A DNA stretch of 64,000 nt, from the NCBI GenBank assembly GCA_030599585.1, contig JAUVNS010000018.1, forward strand, positions 1 to 64,000. The letters are read 5' to 3'. Of the stretch, positions 1 to 9,094 are shown one piece after another; position 1 is the stretch's first letter; each line of letters starts with the position of its first letter. A model generated the notes under the pieces. That model saw only the letters and a program-made list of their open reading frames with translations, did no database searches and had not been told where the DNA came from. This DNA comes from Promethearchaeota archaeon. Lineage in GTDB: Archaea > Asgardarchaeota > Lokiarchaeia > Sigyniarchaeales > SOKP01. A program made the translations under genes and the position numbers.

Positions 1-1482
1 ACACACGAGGAATTTTTACAGATTATCGAAATAAACGACGTGCTTGGGTTTTATCCTTCGGTAAGAACCACTAAAACCAACGAAATAGTAACCGCAATGA
101 TCGATCTCGACGTATCTGGCTTCTTAAGAGCGTCTTTTTCCCCTTCTATAATCTGGAACTTGATTATATCGCTTACTGAGGAGATCGTGAAGAACTTAAC
201 CGATTTTTTAGGTCTTCCTAACCCTATGGTAGCGTTCTCGGGGAGTAGAGGGGTTCACATTACCTATAAACTCGCCCCCGAGTGCGTAAACGCCGATTTT
301 AATTACGTAGACTTTTCGGAGCTTTATCTATTACCTTCTCAAAAATCGTTAGTAAAAAATAGTAAGTCGCTTCTTCACAGCAAATTTACTTTTATCCGAA
401 GTTTAATGCAAGCAATTTTACTACATACCGCACAAAACATACCTCGGGAAAGCATACCTAAAGCAATACGAGATCGGTTAGGAATTGCAAGAATCATGGA
501 TTTGTTTACGTTATCGGTTTTTTCTCGGAATAAAATAGGAGTTTTACTCGACACTAGCAGCAACAACAGCTCCGTGTATCGCGTGTTCTCTATTCATCCT
601 GGAACGGGGTTAGTTTCTATCCCTTTGCTCGATCCTAAAACGAAAAAGATTAGTGACGAACTAAAGACGTATTCTGCTCTAAAAGAAGCGAGCAAACCAG
701 AAACGGTCGTAAGCAATTTAAAAGCTGGGAAAAAAGCTTTATACGAACAATTTCCACCCGAAATTACTAAACGACAGATTAAGTATCTATTGCGTCCCGA
801 CAAACTACTTCCGTATCTATCGGTAATAGTGCGATTTTCCGACCGATACGCAACGGAGAGAAGCCCTTGGTCTATGAAATTCTGGCTCGAGATGTATCAA
901 CTGAACAATTTTTATCACTACCTCGCTGCTAAAATGCTTTCGATCGAGCGATCTGATAAAAAAATAGGAAAGTCCTACCAAGAAGTTATCGGGTTAGTAG
1001 AAGAGTCTAACTTTTCCACGAAATATTTCGTGCGGGAAGCGTTAGACGAATATTTCTTCAGAAACTTGAGCTTTAAAACGCTAAAAGCTCGTTTAGACGC
1101 GTATCACGACTTAAATTTTTACGCCAGCTTTAAGTTTACCGAAGTTACGGTCTTAACACCAGAAAGAATCGACCTTATTTACGAAAATATCAGGGCTCGG
1201 ACTACATTCTTTCGTAAATTCGCTTCGTATTTCAACATCGCAACGGTTGTACTAACATACTATTCTAAGGATCGTTCCAATTCCAACCTTGGAATAAAAG
1301 AATCTTTAATTACGTTATGGAGTAGAACTAAAGGTTTATCGATAGAATTAGGAAATTTAACGCTCGGCGATAAAGACGACAGAGCGCTAAGAGTAAAAAA
1401 ACAGTTCGTGCAGATTTGTTGCGTTTTTAACGAGCTCTCAAAATTTATAAAAGAGGTGATCGAATTTGGAACGCTTCGATAA
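1..1482 (+). CDS. Archaeo-eukaryotic primase (AEP, PriS-like) primase-polymerase with helical C-terminal extension; 5'-truncated by the window edge
   Basis: Frame is open from base 1 (THEEFLQIIEIND-VLGFY). AEP motif I IDLD, motif II FSGSRGVH and a motif III-like LLD...YRVFSIHPGTGLVSIP are present. Confidence 0.85.
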   Translation, partial: THEEFLQIIEINDVLGFYPSVRTTKTNEIVTAMIDLDVSGFLRASFSPSIIWNLIISLTEEIVKNLTDFLGLPNPMVAFSGSRGVHITYKLAPECVNADFNYVDFSELYLLPSQKSLVKNSKSLLHSKFTFIRSLMQAILLHTAQNIPRESIPKAIRDRLGIARIMDLFTLSVFSRNKIGVLLDTSSNNSSVYRVFSIHPGTGLVSIPLLDPKTKKISDELKTYSALKEASKPETVVSNLKAGKKALYEQFPPEITKRQIKYLLRPDKLLPYLSVIVRFSDRYATERSPWSMKFWLEMYQLNNFYHYLAAKMLSIERSDKKIGKSYQEVIGLVEESNFSTKYFVREALDEYFFRNLSFKTLKARLDAYHDLNFYASFKFTEVTVLTPERIDLIYENIRARTTFFRKFASYFNIATVVLTYYSKDRSNSNLGIKESLITLWSRTKGLSIELGNLTLGDKDDRALRVKKQFVQICCVFNELSKFIKEVIEFGTLR

Positions 1483-2209
1483 TAATAAAATAAACAATAA
1501 AGAAAAAAAGGTGAATATCACGAAAAGTATAACTAGTACGATAAAAACAGAAGTAGAATCAAAAATTGGACAAATTCTCAACTACGGAACGCTTGGAATG
1601 AATTTCGGGCTCCGATCCGACCAAAAAGAGATTAAATATTTAATAAACGCCATCAACGAGGTCGTTTTGAGGGCGAAAGAAGGCGACACGGTCAAGACGA
1701 GGCAATTCGAGCTAAAAGGAAAGTTCCCCCCTTACAAATACGCTATTATAGACTTAGAAGGAGACCCTCCTAAGTTCTTTGGACTCGTCGTATCGAACCA
1801 GGTCTACCAAATTTTCGTAACGAAAACAAAGTACTTGCTGGACTTCTACGAAACCGTCTGGAAAATATTGAACTTGTTAATCAATTTTTACTTGTTCACG
1901 TTTTCTAACCACGAAGCCCGGTTTTTTAAGAAGATTTTACCGTTTAAGCTAAAAGAAGCAAACGATAAACTATTCTTCCAAGTCTTAAAGATCGTAAACG
2001 TGCAAAAAAGAAACTTCGAAGGGTTAGTTCCGGCGCTATACAGCTTAAACGAGCGCTCCTACCACGATCCGTTGCTGAGAAATTCAAAAAATATCGAGCT
2101 CCACTTCAAAAACGGGGATTACTACCTAATTATGGAGCACAACAAGTCCTGTTTGCTCTCTACATTAAAAATTGTTCAAAAAAGATATTTAAAATTACAT
2201 TTCCTTTGA
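1466..2209 (+). CDS. RNase H-fold (YprB/RNase_H_2-like, DEDD-type) exonuclease, possibly degenerate
   Basis: ExoI-like AIIDLEG. C-terminal IMEHNKSCLLSTLKI matches the YN..D helix pattern with Cys replacing Asp. TTG start follows a GAGGTGA RBS and overlaps the primase stop. Confidence 0.55.
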   Translation: MERFDNNKINNKEKKVNITKSITSTIKTEVESKIGQILNYGTLGMNFGLRSDQKEIKYLINAINEVVLRAKEGDTVKTRQFELKGKFPPYKYAIIDLEGDPPKFFGLVVSNQVYQIFVTKTKYLLDFYETVWKILNLLINFYLFTFSNHEARFFKKILPFKLKEANDKLFFQVLKIVNVQKRNFEGLVPALYSLNERSYHDPLLRNSKNIELHFKNGDYYLIMEHNKSCLLSTLKIVQKRYLKLHFL

Positions 2210-2248
2210 GGTAAAAAAAAAGAACAAAACAACAAGAGTAAAAACACC

Positions 2249-3112
2249 ATGATAGAAGAAGTGCCTTTAGAAAAGTTAAAAATACGCGATAATCGAGTCC
2301 GGGAGGTAATCGGGGATTTAGCCGAGCTTATGAAATCTATGAGCGAAGTCGGATTACTCAACCCGCTTACAATAGACGACGACTATAACGTAATAGAAGG
2401 CACGCGAAGGTATTACTCCGCTAAAAACCTCGGGTGGAGTAAAATTACATGCGACAGACGAATCGGTCTTTCGGAGTATCAGAAAATTACGATAGAAATC
2501 GACGAAAACTTGCGGAGGAAGAACTTAAACCCCGCCGAAGAAGCAAAAGCTTTGGCCTTGAAAAAAAGAGCTTTTCTCAAAATACATCCAGAATACAAGC
2601 GTGGTGGCGATCGCAGGTCTGATAAGTTTAAAGACGGAAAGAAAAATCAAACTGCAATTGCATCACTTGGATTTGCAAGAACTCAGGCAGAAAAATTCGA
2701 TACGTCAGAAAGAACTATAATAACAAAAACGAAGATTGGCGAATATATCCTCGACGAGAAGTTAGACGATAAAACGATCGATCAATACAGCAAGAGAAAA
2801 CTCTCCCAGCGAAAAGTAATCGAGGAGATCAAAGCTTTAGAACAAGATAACGCAGACAAAAAACCGTCTTCAGAAAGCATCTCTCCCAAAACTACGGACA
2901 AACAAAAAAAAGTTAAGATTCCTTCGGAACTCAAAAGAAAACCAGAAATTATCGTAGAACTCGACTATAACGACGCGAAATACTGTAAAGATTGTAAGGA
3001 CGGGCTTCAACTGACCTGTCCAAGTTGCAAAGACGCAATAATTTCCTGTCAGTACTACAAGAACCCTTACTTACGAAGGATTGACTCAATAGCATGTGAA
3101 AACTTTAATTAG
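2249..3112 (+). CDS. parB: ParB/Srx N-terminal domain protein with HTH-like region and C-terminal Cys cluster
   Basis: GLLNPLTID...VIEGTRRY (ParB box II-like), IDENLRRKNL and GGDRRS; C-terminal CKDC-x7-CPSC-x6-C-x15-C. Confidence 0.85.
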   Translation: MIEEVPLEKLKIRDNRVREVIGDLAELMKSMSEVGLLNPLTIDDDYNVIEGTRRYYSAKNLGWSKITCDRRIGLSEYQKITIEIDENLRRKNLNPAEEAKALALKKRAFLKIHPEYKRGGDRRSDKFKDGKKNQTAIASLGFARTQAEKFDTSERTIITKTKIGEYILDEKLDDKTIDQYSKRKLSQRKVIEEIKALEQDNADKKPSSESISPKTTDKQKKVKIPSELKRKPEIIVELDYNDAKYCKDCKDGLQLTCPSCKDAIISCQYYKNPYLRRIDSIACENFN

Positions 3113-3300
3113 AGGTAAATACCACTACACAAAGAGCGTGTTTTATTTATATTTTATTTTTTTTTCTTATTCTTATATTTCTATTGTAGTATTCCCAATA
3201 ATAAACTAACTTCTAAACTTCAAGGTAAGACACTTGGAAGAACATAAATTTTAATTATCCCTTCGATTATTTATCTACAACTTGTTTATGGGAAACTGAC

Positions 3301-3630
3301 ATGCAAAATAGAAAAGTTGTCAAAGAAATCGCGTTATTTGCTAAAACGCAATGGAAACAAACGAAGCCAAAAACCGTAGAAGTGAGGAGAGTAAAGGACA
3401 AAAAGACTTTAGAATTTGGTTTCCCCCCGGTGGTGTTATTGACTAGAGCCCCGGTTAAGTTCGTTGTGTGCGTAGAATTTTCTGATGTTTTAAGGATATA
3501 CCACTTTTCTAGCACAGGACAGCTCTTAAGCGCGAAAAACTTCGAACATCCTTTTGAAATAAGAAACGAAATCGTAAAAAAAAGCACTCTCATCGTCAAA
3601 TTTCCCCGTAAACGCCCTTCTCGAGCCTAA
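3301..3630 (+). CDS. Hypothetical basic protein (109 aa)
   Basis: ATG-started ORF with element-like codon usage; no recognised motif. Confidence 0.6.
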   Translation: MQNRKVVKEIALFAKTQWKQTKPKTVEVRRVKDKKTLEFGFPPVVLLTRAPVKFVVCVEFSDVLRIYHFSSTGQLLSAKNFEHPFEIRNEIVKKSTLIVKFPRKRPSRA

Positions 3631-3640
3631 AACCAGTAAA

Positions 3641-3760
3641 ATAACCTTTGTATACAAAATCGTGCTTTTGTCAACAATCGCACAAGAAAGTAAACAAATA
3701 CGCTCTAAAAACTACAATTGTCGCTTTTTGTTAACTTTTATTAACAAATGCGAACAAAGA
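3641..3760. repeat. Degenerate 20-bp-period array with TTGT-NN-ACAA core
   Basis: ACAA at 3654, 3674, 3694, 3714 and 3754; TTGT at 3648, 3668 and 3728; perfect palindrome TTTGTATACAAA at 3647-3658. Confidence 0.55.
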
Positions 3761-3777
3761 TCGATATAAAAAACAGA

Positions 3778-4050
3778 TTATTTAGATTGGAACTTTACTT
3801 CGACAAGACTTTTTAGCTTTTTTTCGTCTATTACGGCGTATTTTTTCGGCGAGCTATGGTTAATTATTCTTAATACGCCCTCCCGTTCTAAAAAAGCCAA
3901 CGCCCTACTATAGAAGTTCACGGCGCTTCTATCGGAACTGTCAACTCCCTTAAACCGTCTAACGATCTTAACGCTAATCTCAAGATTTTTATTTTTAGAA
4001 ATTAGTTGGGAGATGGCTTCTATCGTTCTATCTAAGAATTTTGGTCTCAT
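3778..4050 (-). CDS. Small winged-helix-like DNA-binding protein
   Basis: Helix...YSRALAFLEREGVLRII...PKKY pattern (recognition helix plus wing); similar layout to 52584..52880. Confidence 0.55.
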   Translation of the reverse strand: MRPKFLDRTIEAISQLISKNKNLEISVKIVRRFKGVDSSDRSAVNFYSRALAFLEREGVLRIINHSSPKKYAVIDEKKLKSLVEVKFQSK

Positions 4051-4117
4051 GTTCTCAACTCAACCACAGTATTTATTTTAATATAATAAATGTAATATAA
4101 ATTTTTCAATGTGAAAT

Positions 4118-4690
4118 TCATCCGGTAGAATTTCTTTCTTTTTTTTCTTTCCTAATTATAAAATTAAGAAATTTGGTGTGCGAAATTTTATTATTTCGAA
4201 ATAGTGCGATACTCTTACTGGCTTCCGTACAATTAACGATATAGTTGCCCGCGCGGATTTTATTCCGAATTGCCGTACTTGCTAGCTTAGAACGCATTCC
4301 AATCAGCATAACGAAACTTGGAACATCTCCAAAAAGCCTAACTCCTTTAATTTAATTGATGACGATAGCTCTCTCTACGAGAGGGACGCTTTTATCCCAA
4401 ACAACACTAAGTGTTTTTTGGTCAAGCGATGATTTTTCATCAATTTTTTTGCCTTCGTCCTCCTTAGGAACATGGGTACCTCCACGTCTTTTATGAGGAT
4501 AAGCCTTTTCGTAGATTTTTTTTAAATAACTGAGCGATAAATCAACTTTGTAAGCCGAAAAAGGTTCAGATTTCTTTGATTTTAAAGAATTAACTACTTT
4601 TTGAATGAATACCCCTGGGTTCTCGATCAGCTCGATTTTAATCTCGCCTAAGTCGTCCTGTATTGCGTCTTTAATTTTTAATTTGGTCAT
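4118..4690 (-). pseudogene. ParB C-terminal-half paralog interrupted by an in-frame TAA at 4352-4354
   Basis: ORFs 4352..4690 and 4118..4309 share a frame and are joined by 14 sense codons (IKGVRLFGDVPSFV). LKKIYEKAYPHKRRGG matches KKRAFLKIHPEYKRGG of ParB, and IRNKIRAGNYI...KSIALFRNNKISHTKF matches IITKTKIGEYI...KTIDQYSKRKLSQRKV. Confidence 0.7.
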
Positions 4691-4747
4691 TTCTTTTTTT
4701 TTTTTATCGTTAATTTTAATTACTACTCTGGAAGGAGGGAGATTTTT

Positions 4748-5089
4748 TCAATTCGGCAAATTTTCCGAATAATCCCCCTGCAAACTCTTTTTTAAAGCTT
4801 TTCGAGTCAAATAATTTAAAGAAAAAATTTCGTTCATTTCCAAACTTGGATGGGGGAAAATCCGTTCGATCCCATTTTCGCACTTGAGAGGAAGAATAAC
4901 CATATATTCTTCGAGATATGCCAACACGCTGTAAAAAATACTTTTGTCGCGAATAGAGGACACGTGTAGGATATATTCTATCTGGTCTAAATTGGGATAA
5001 TACTCAATAGACCATTCTTCTTGTAAGTATTTGAACGTTCTATCTTTCATCTGCAACCACTCCATCGTATTGTTTTGATATACGCTCAT
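4748..5089 (-). CDS. Hypothetical protein (113 aa)
   Basis: Part of a tightly packed minus-strand run; GAGG RBS-like sequence upstream. Confidence 0.65.
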   Translation of the reverse strand: MSVYQNNTMEWLQMKDRTFKYLQEEWSIEYYPNLDQIEYILHVSSIRDKSIFYSVLAYLEEYMVILPLKCENGIERIFPHPSLEMNEIFSLNYLTRKALKKSLQGDYSENLPN

Positions 5090-5098
5090 AATTCTTCT

Positions 5099-5296
5099 TT
5101 ATTTTACCTCTCTAATCGTTGTTAAAATCAAGGCAGGGGTCGGGACACATTTTTTTTTTAACTTCAATTTCCCACCCTTTAGTTCTAAACTAAACCATTT
5201 TAGATAAGGGTATTCGCATGAAACGGGATGAAAGTCGTAGTCAACCGTAATCGAATCGATAAATTTTTGGAGCATTGGACCTGGTTTATAATACAT
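5099..5296 (-). CDS. Hypothetical protein (65 aa)
   Basis: Overlaps the upstream ORF end by 11 nt; GAGGAG upstream suggests translational coupling. Confidence 0.55.
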   Translation of the reverse strand: MYYKPGPMLQKFIDSITVDYDFHPVSCEYPYLKWFSLELKGGKLKLKKKCVPTPALILTTIREVK

Positions 5297-5672
5297 TTTT
5301 TTCCAACTCCTCTCTTTTTACGCGTCCAATTTCTAACAATTGGGTTGCAATAGATACTTGTTCCTTTCCCTCCGGATCAAACTCTTCTTTTAGGCTTTTC
5401 TTGATGTCGTCTTGATCCCATTTAAAAAATTTGCTCCACCGTACTTCGTGTTTCAGTTTTTTATCCGCAATAGAAACCGAATCCAAGTATGTAATAAAGT
5501 TAAGTGCCTTATAGACGAGCTGAGAATTTTTCGGATTACTTAGCCTTTTCGTTAAGTCTTGGTATTTCTTGTTGGCCCATAAATAGTAATCTTTTCTGGA
5601 AGTAACGTTTTCCTCGTAATCCTCTAAAATTTTGTCGATGCATTCAGATTCGCTACATAATATTTGACTCAT
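5286..5672 (-). CDS. Hypothetical protein (128 aa)
   Basis: First gene of the minus-strand run; ATG start; predicted helical. Confidence 0.65.
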   Translation of the reverse strand: MSQILCSESECIDKILEDYEENVTSRKDYYLWANKKYQDLTKRLSNPKNSQLVYKALNFITYLDSVSIADKKLKHEVRWSKFFKWDQDDIKKSLKEEFDPEGKEQVSIATQLLEIGRVKREELEKNVL

Positions 5673-5699
5673 ATAACCACTTTTATTTTTTGTTTACTA

Positions 5700-5826
5700 C
5701 TCATTTGTAATTATAGATATGATAACACTTATGCTCATATTTGTAATTATAAATGTTAGAAAGAAATATTAATATTTAAATATTATTACAAATATTATCA
5801 TACTAATTATTACAAGCGTAATTACT
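5700..5826. promoter_or_regulatory. Divergent-promoter region with repeated TTGTAAT operator-like sites
   Basis: ATTTGTAATTATA direct repeat at 5703-5715 and 5739-5751; inverted copies TATTATTACAAAT (5781-5793) and AATTATTACAAG (5805-5816); palindrome GTAATTAC at 5818-5825. Confidence 0.55.
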
Positions 5827-5849
5827 TCAATATGAACGAGTGAAGAAAA

Positions 5850-6017
5850 GTGTCAGGTCGAGCTGTAAAATATAAAAAATACGATACTAAAGGTTCGGGG
5901 GAGGTTTACATCCCAATGTCTATTGCAGAAGCGTTAAAATGGGTAAACGGGGACGAATTAATGTTAACTATCGAAGTGGTTGATGGACACAAAGGTCTTT
6001 TTTTATATAAACAATAA
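5850..6017 (+). CDS. AbrB/MazE/SpoVT-like DNA-binding protein (55 aa; absent from the ORF track)
   Basis: Manual translation from GTG: MSGRAVKYKKYDTKGSGEVYIPMSIAEALKWVNGDELMLTIEVVDGHKGLFLYKQ. V-x-IP-xx-I-xxx-L-x-W-xx-GD-x-L is the swapped-hairpin signature. Confidence 0.8.
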   Translation: MSGRAVKYKKYDTKGSGEVYIPMSIAEALKWVNGDELMLTIEVVDGHKGLFLYKQ

Positions 6018-6158
6018 TATTTCAACCCCTTGGATCTCAATTTTTAAAAATTTCATAAAATTTAGAATTTTTCCTCCGGAAGAAGAAGACTTCCTTGGTT
6101 GAAAGAAGCTCTCTGTAGCAAACCTAAAAACAAAACTTAATTATTTTTACAACGGGAC

Positions 6159-6527
6159 TTAAGTAATTTTGTTATTATTCTTGTTAAGTTTTTCTTCTAA
6201 AAGAGCGAGCAACCTTTCTTTATCGTTCTCAGGGAAACTAGTAAAAATTTGATCGTAAGTTGCGCGAATTGCCTTTTCAGTTAACCACATGTCTAAAATT
6301 TTGCTTTCTCTACTTTTCCCTAACCGTCTAGTAACCAATTCCCCCGCCTGTTCGAAGTCTTGGACATAGTTGCGAACTGAATTTATTGATATATTAGCTT
6401 TTTGACTAATTTTCTTCACGGTAATAGTCGAATCTCCGTTCATCAGTTCTACAATAGCTAGTTGAATTTGTGTGGGCTTCTTAAATATGCTTTTCTTTTG
6501 GTCTTCACGATTTTCAATTAAAGTCAT
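6159..6527 (-). CDS. Winged helix-turn-helix transcriptional regulator (MarR/ArsR/Lrp-like HTH)
   Basis: TQIQLAIVELM...ITVKKISQKANISINSVRNYVQDFEQAGELV. Confidence 0.8.
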   Translation of the reverse strand: MTLIENREDQKKSIFKKPTQIQLAIVELMNGDSTITVKKISQKANISINSVRNYVQDFEQAGELVTRRLGKSRESKILDMWLTEKAIRATYDQIFTSFPENDKERLLALLEEKLNKNNNKIT

Positions 6528-7210
6528 TTCGTAAATTCACTTCTATAACTGTTTACCAGTACCTTATCCCCTTTCTATATAAAGAAAAAATTTCCAAAAA
6601 AATTAAAATATTATAATTTTTTGTCAAATAGATCGTAATTCTTAACCTATATAAACTTCACTTAACGATAGCTTGCTTATTCTAATAGTGGCAACATAAT
6701 TTAGCGTTTTAAAATTATTTCCAACAACCCTTTTTTTATACACAAATTGATTTTTGAGCACAAACAGTTCAAGATTTTTCTTGAGCTAGAATTACATTTA
6801 TATAGAGTCAAATTTGAACATTCTCTGACAAAAAAAAAAGTTTTCTTCGTATTGAGTTAAGAATCATCTAACTTGTAAATTAGGAGGAATTATGTACGCG
6901 TTGATAATGACCATAGATCATTTCATGATCTTTTTTATTTTGGTTACAGATTTTGGTTTAAGTTGATTTAAATGATAGTAGAGCATAGAAAAATCAGAGT
7001 TAGATTGTTTGTAATCAGCTTTGGTTCATTCAATCACAAACATTTATAAATGAACGAAAACAAAATCATTATCAAAAGGATTAGTAACGTAATTCCAGAC
7101 AAAAAATTGCATTCAAAGTCTTTGTTCTTTAAATAAAATAGATCACAAGACCTTGTTTAACAAAAAATTGTAATAAAAAAACACAACTTAAACAAAAAAA
7201 AAAAGAATAA

Positions 7211-9016
7211 ATGTATACGGTGATTAAAATCGATAAAAAACTTAAAATAACGCTACTACTTGCGTTTTTATCTATGGCGTGGCTCTTACCGTTCTCTCTC
7301 ATGAGTCGAGGGTTCCTACCACTTAAGACTAGCGCCCCGTCGTTTTCGTGGCAAGAAACTACCTTTTCCACATCGTTTGTAAGAATCTGGGACGGCAGTT
7401 CAAATATTTTTAACTATTCCGACTCCTACGAAGACTTATTTACCACCAGTAGTCTTTCCTTCAACATGACGGAAAATACCTATACGCGAGGGATTAGTAC
7501 GACTAATTACAAAGCGAACTTTAGTTATTTCTCAAACTTTACCACCACAGGCAATATTACCGTCGATTTAAACGTAGACGTTTACCAAGTAAACGCGCAG
7601 TATAAAAAAGTGCTTGACATGTATTGGTTCGCCCTAAAAAACGGAACTATCGATATGGAATATTATCTCGACCATTTTACGCACGATTTTACCTTACTCG
7701 AAAATTACACGCAAGACATAGTAACCAACTATACAAAGTTTGATGCTTCTAGCAACGTGTTAGACACTTGGCTGGAGTATTCGAGCAATTCCGGCGTTAA
7801 AAACATTTCTCAACCTGCCAATATTCTTGAATACAGGGAATATAAGAGTTCCAGTTCAAAATTTTGCAAACCAATGATCCTCGTTGCACAATTATTTACT
7901 ACTGAAAATAAAGATAAATTTGCCTGGGCAGAATTGTTCTCTGATTTTATCGTTTACAAAGACGCGGATTTTAACGGTATTTACAACGCAGGAGAGAAAA
8001 CGGGCTCGACCGACTTTCCAAGCATGAATTGGGCGGACGAGCATTACGGAACTTTAGTACCAATAGCAGAAGAACTCGATTATTACATTGAACGAATTTA
8101 TCCCGACGAACCCTTATCCAGTTGGAACGCCTCAATTACCAAATTACGCCCTAACGACACCACAATAGAAGAAATAGCCTCAAACATAGTGTTTACGCCT
8201 CCAACTATAGACGAAAAAGAGATAATTTCTTGGGAAATATTATACCCTCAACATCCTATCGCTGCTTTCGTTCACGGTCCCGGAGTTGATACTTTTCTTT
8301 CTGGAAACTCCTACGCTTCAATGTCCCCTACCGATTTATCTTATAAATACGAATACAACATTTCAAACAGCGAGGCTAACCTTGATCTCACCTTCGGAAT
8401 GTCCAAAATATCTGACCCTGATTTATACGACACGGTTCAAGGTTTGGGTCTTTCTGTTCCGCACTATAATTTGTTTATTTCCTCGTTCGACATTGCTGAA
8501 ATAGATTTTAAACAGCTTACGGTTCCTTCGAGCTTGTTCACTTTTGAATCGAACGAATCGACCGTCGCTCAGATTAATTTGGTTAATCCGAAAAAAACTA
8601 ATTACACTTTGTTCGATTACCCAACAACGGGAGTAGATACGGAGTTAGAATCGTACGGTGGAAGCATCCACAAGGGAATCTTAGACATGTTGGCGTTAAG
8701 CTCGTATTCAGAAACGCCAATCTTTAACCTAATCTACACGCTCGAGGATATGGTCGCTGCAGATGCTGATTTTTTGAAGGTAGATAGCTTGTATCACTTA
8801 GAAACGCAGAATTATCCCCTATGGTCAGGAGAAAAATTACTTCACGATCCCACAACTACGATATATTTCGACCCCCAAGAAGAGGAACAAGAACCTCCGA
8901 CAACACCGACTCCAACTGTGATCCCTGGATTTAACGCGGTGCTCGTAGTTGCCGTCAGTAGCGTTGTCTTTGCGATAAAAGTAGCGAAAACCAAAAAGAA
9001 CAAAAAAATATCCTAA
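7211..9016 (+). CDS. Secreted surface glycoprotein with PGF-CTERM/Loki-CTERM-like sorting signal
   Basis: N-terminal basic-plus-hydrophobic signal peptide, many N-x-S/T sequons, and a C-terminal Pro/Thr linker followed by IPGF, a TM helix and a Lys-rich tail. Confidence 0.85.
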   Translation: MYTVIKIDKKLKITLLLAFLSMAWLLPFSLMSRGFLPLKTSAPSFSWQETTFSTSFVRIWDGSSNIFNYSDSYEDLFTTSSLSFNMTENTYTRGISTTNYKANFSYFSNFTTTGNITVDLNVDVYQVNAQYKKVLDMYWFALKNGTIDMEYYLDHFTHDFTLLENYTQDIVTNYTKFDASSNVLDTWLEYSSNSGVKNISQPANILEYREYKSSSSKFCKPMILVAQLFTTENKDKFAWAELFSDFIVYKDADFNGIYNAGEKTGSTDFPSMNWADEHYGTLVPIAEELDYYIERIYPDEPLSSWNASITKLRPNDTTIEEIASNIVFTPPTIDEKEIISWEILYPQHPIAAFVHGPGVDTFLSGNSYASMSPTDLSYKYEYNISNSEANLDLTFGMSKISDPDLYDTVQGLGLSVPHYNLFISSFDIAEIDFKQLTVPSSLFTFESNESTVAQINLVNPKKTNYTLFDYPTTGVDTELESYGGSIHKGILDMLALSSYSETPIFNLIYTLEDMVAADADFLKVDSLYHLETQNYPLWSGEKLLHDPTTTIYFDPQEEEQEPPTTPTPTVIPGFNAVLVVAVSSVVFAIKVAKTKKNKKIS

Positions 9017-9022
9017 ATCCCA

Positions 9023-9040
9023 TTTTTTTTTATTTTGTTT
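9023..9040 (+). terminator. Archaeal-type oligo-T terminator candidate
   Basis: T9 run 6 nt after the stop of 7211..9016. Confidence 0.4.
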
Positions 9041-9094
9041 AAAAAAACTAAAAAGTAGAATTAAGAAAAAAAAAAAGAAAGAAAAAAAATAAAA

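Noticed and set aside
375-3599. Short minus-strand ORFs 375..566, 594..803, 2176..2361 and 3267..3599
   Set aside because: They overlap better-supported plus-strand genes.
3641-3760. Repeat array considered as a CRISPR array
   Set aside because: The period is 20 bp, units are degenerate with no repeat-spacer structure, and no cas genes are present.
6610-6840. Distant inverted TTTTTGTCA / TGACAAAAA pair
   Set aside because: Mostly homopolymer; expected by chance in very AT-rich DNA.
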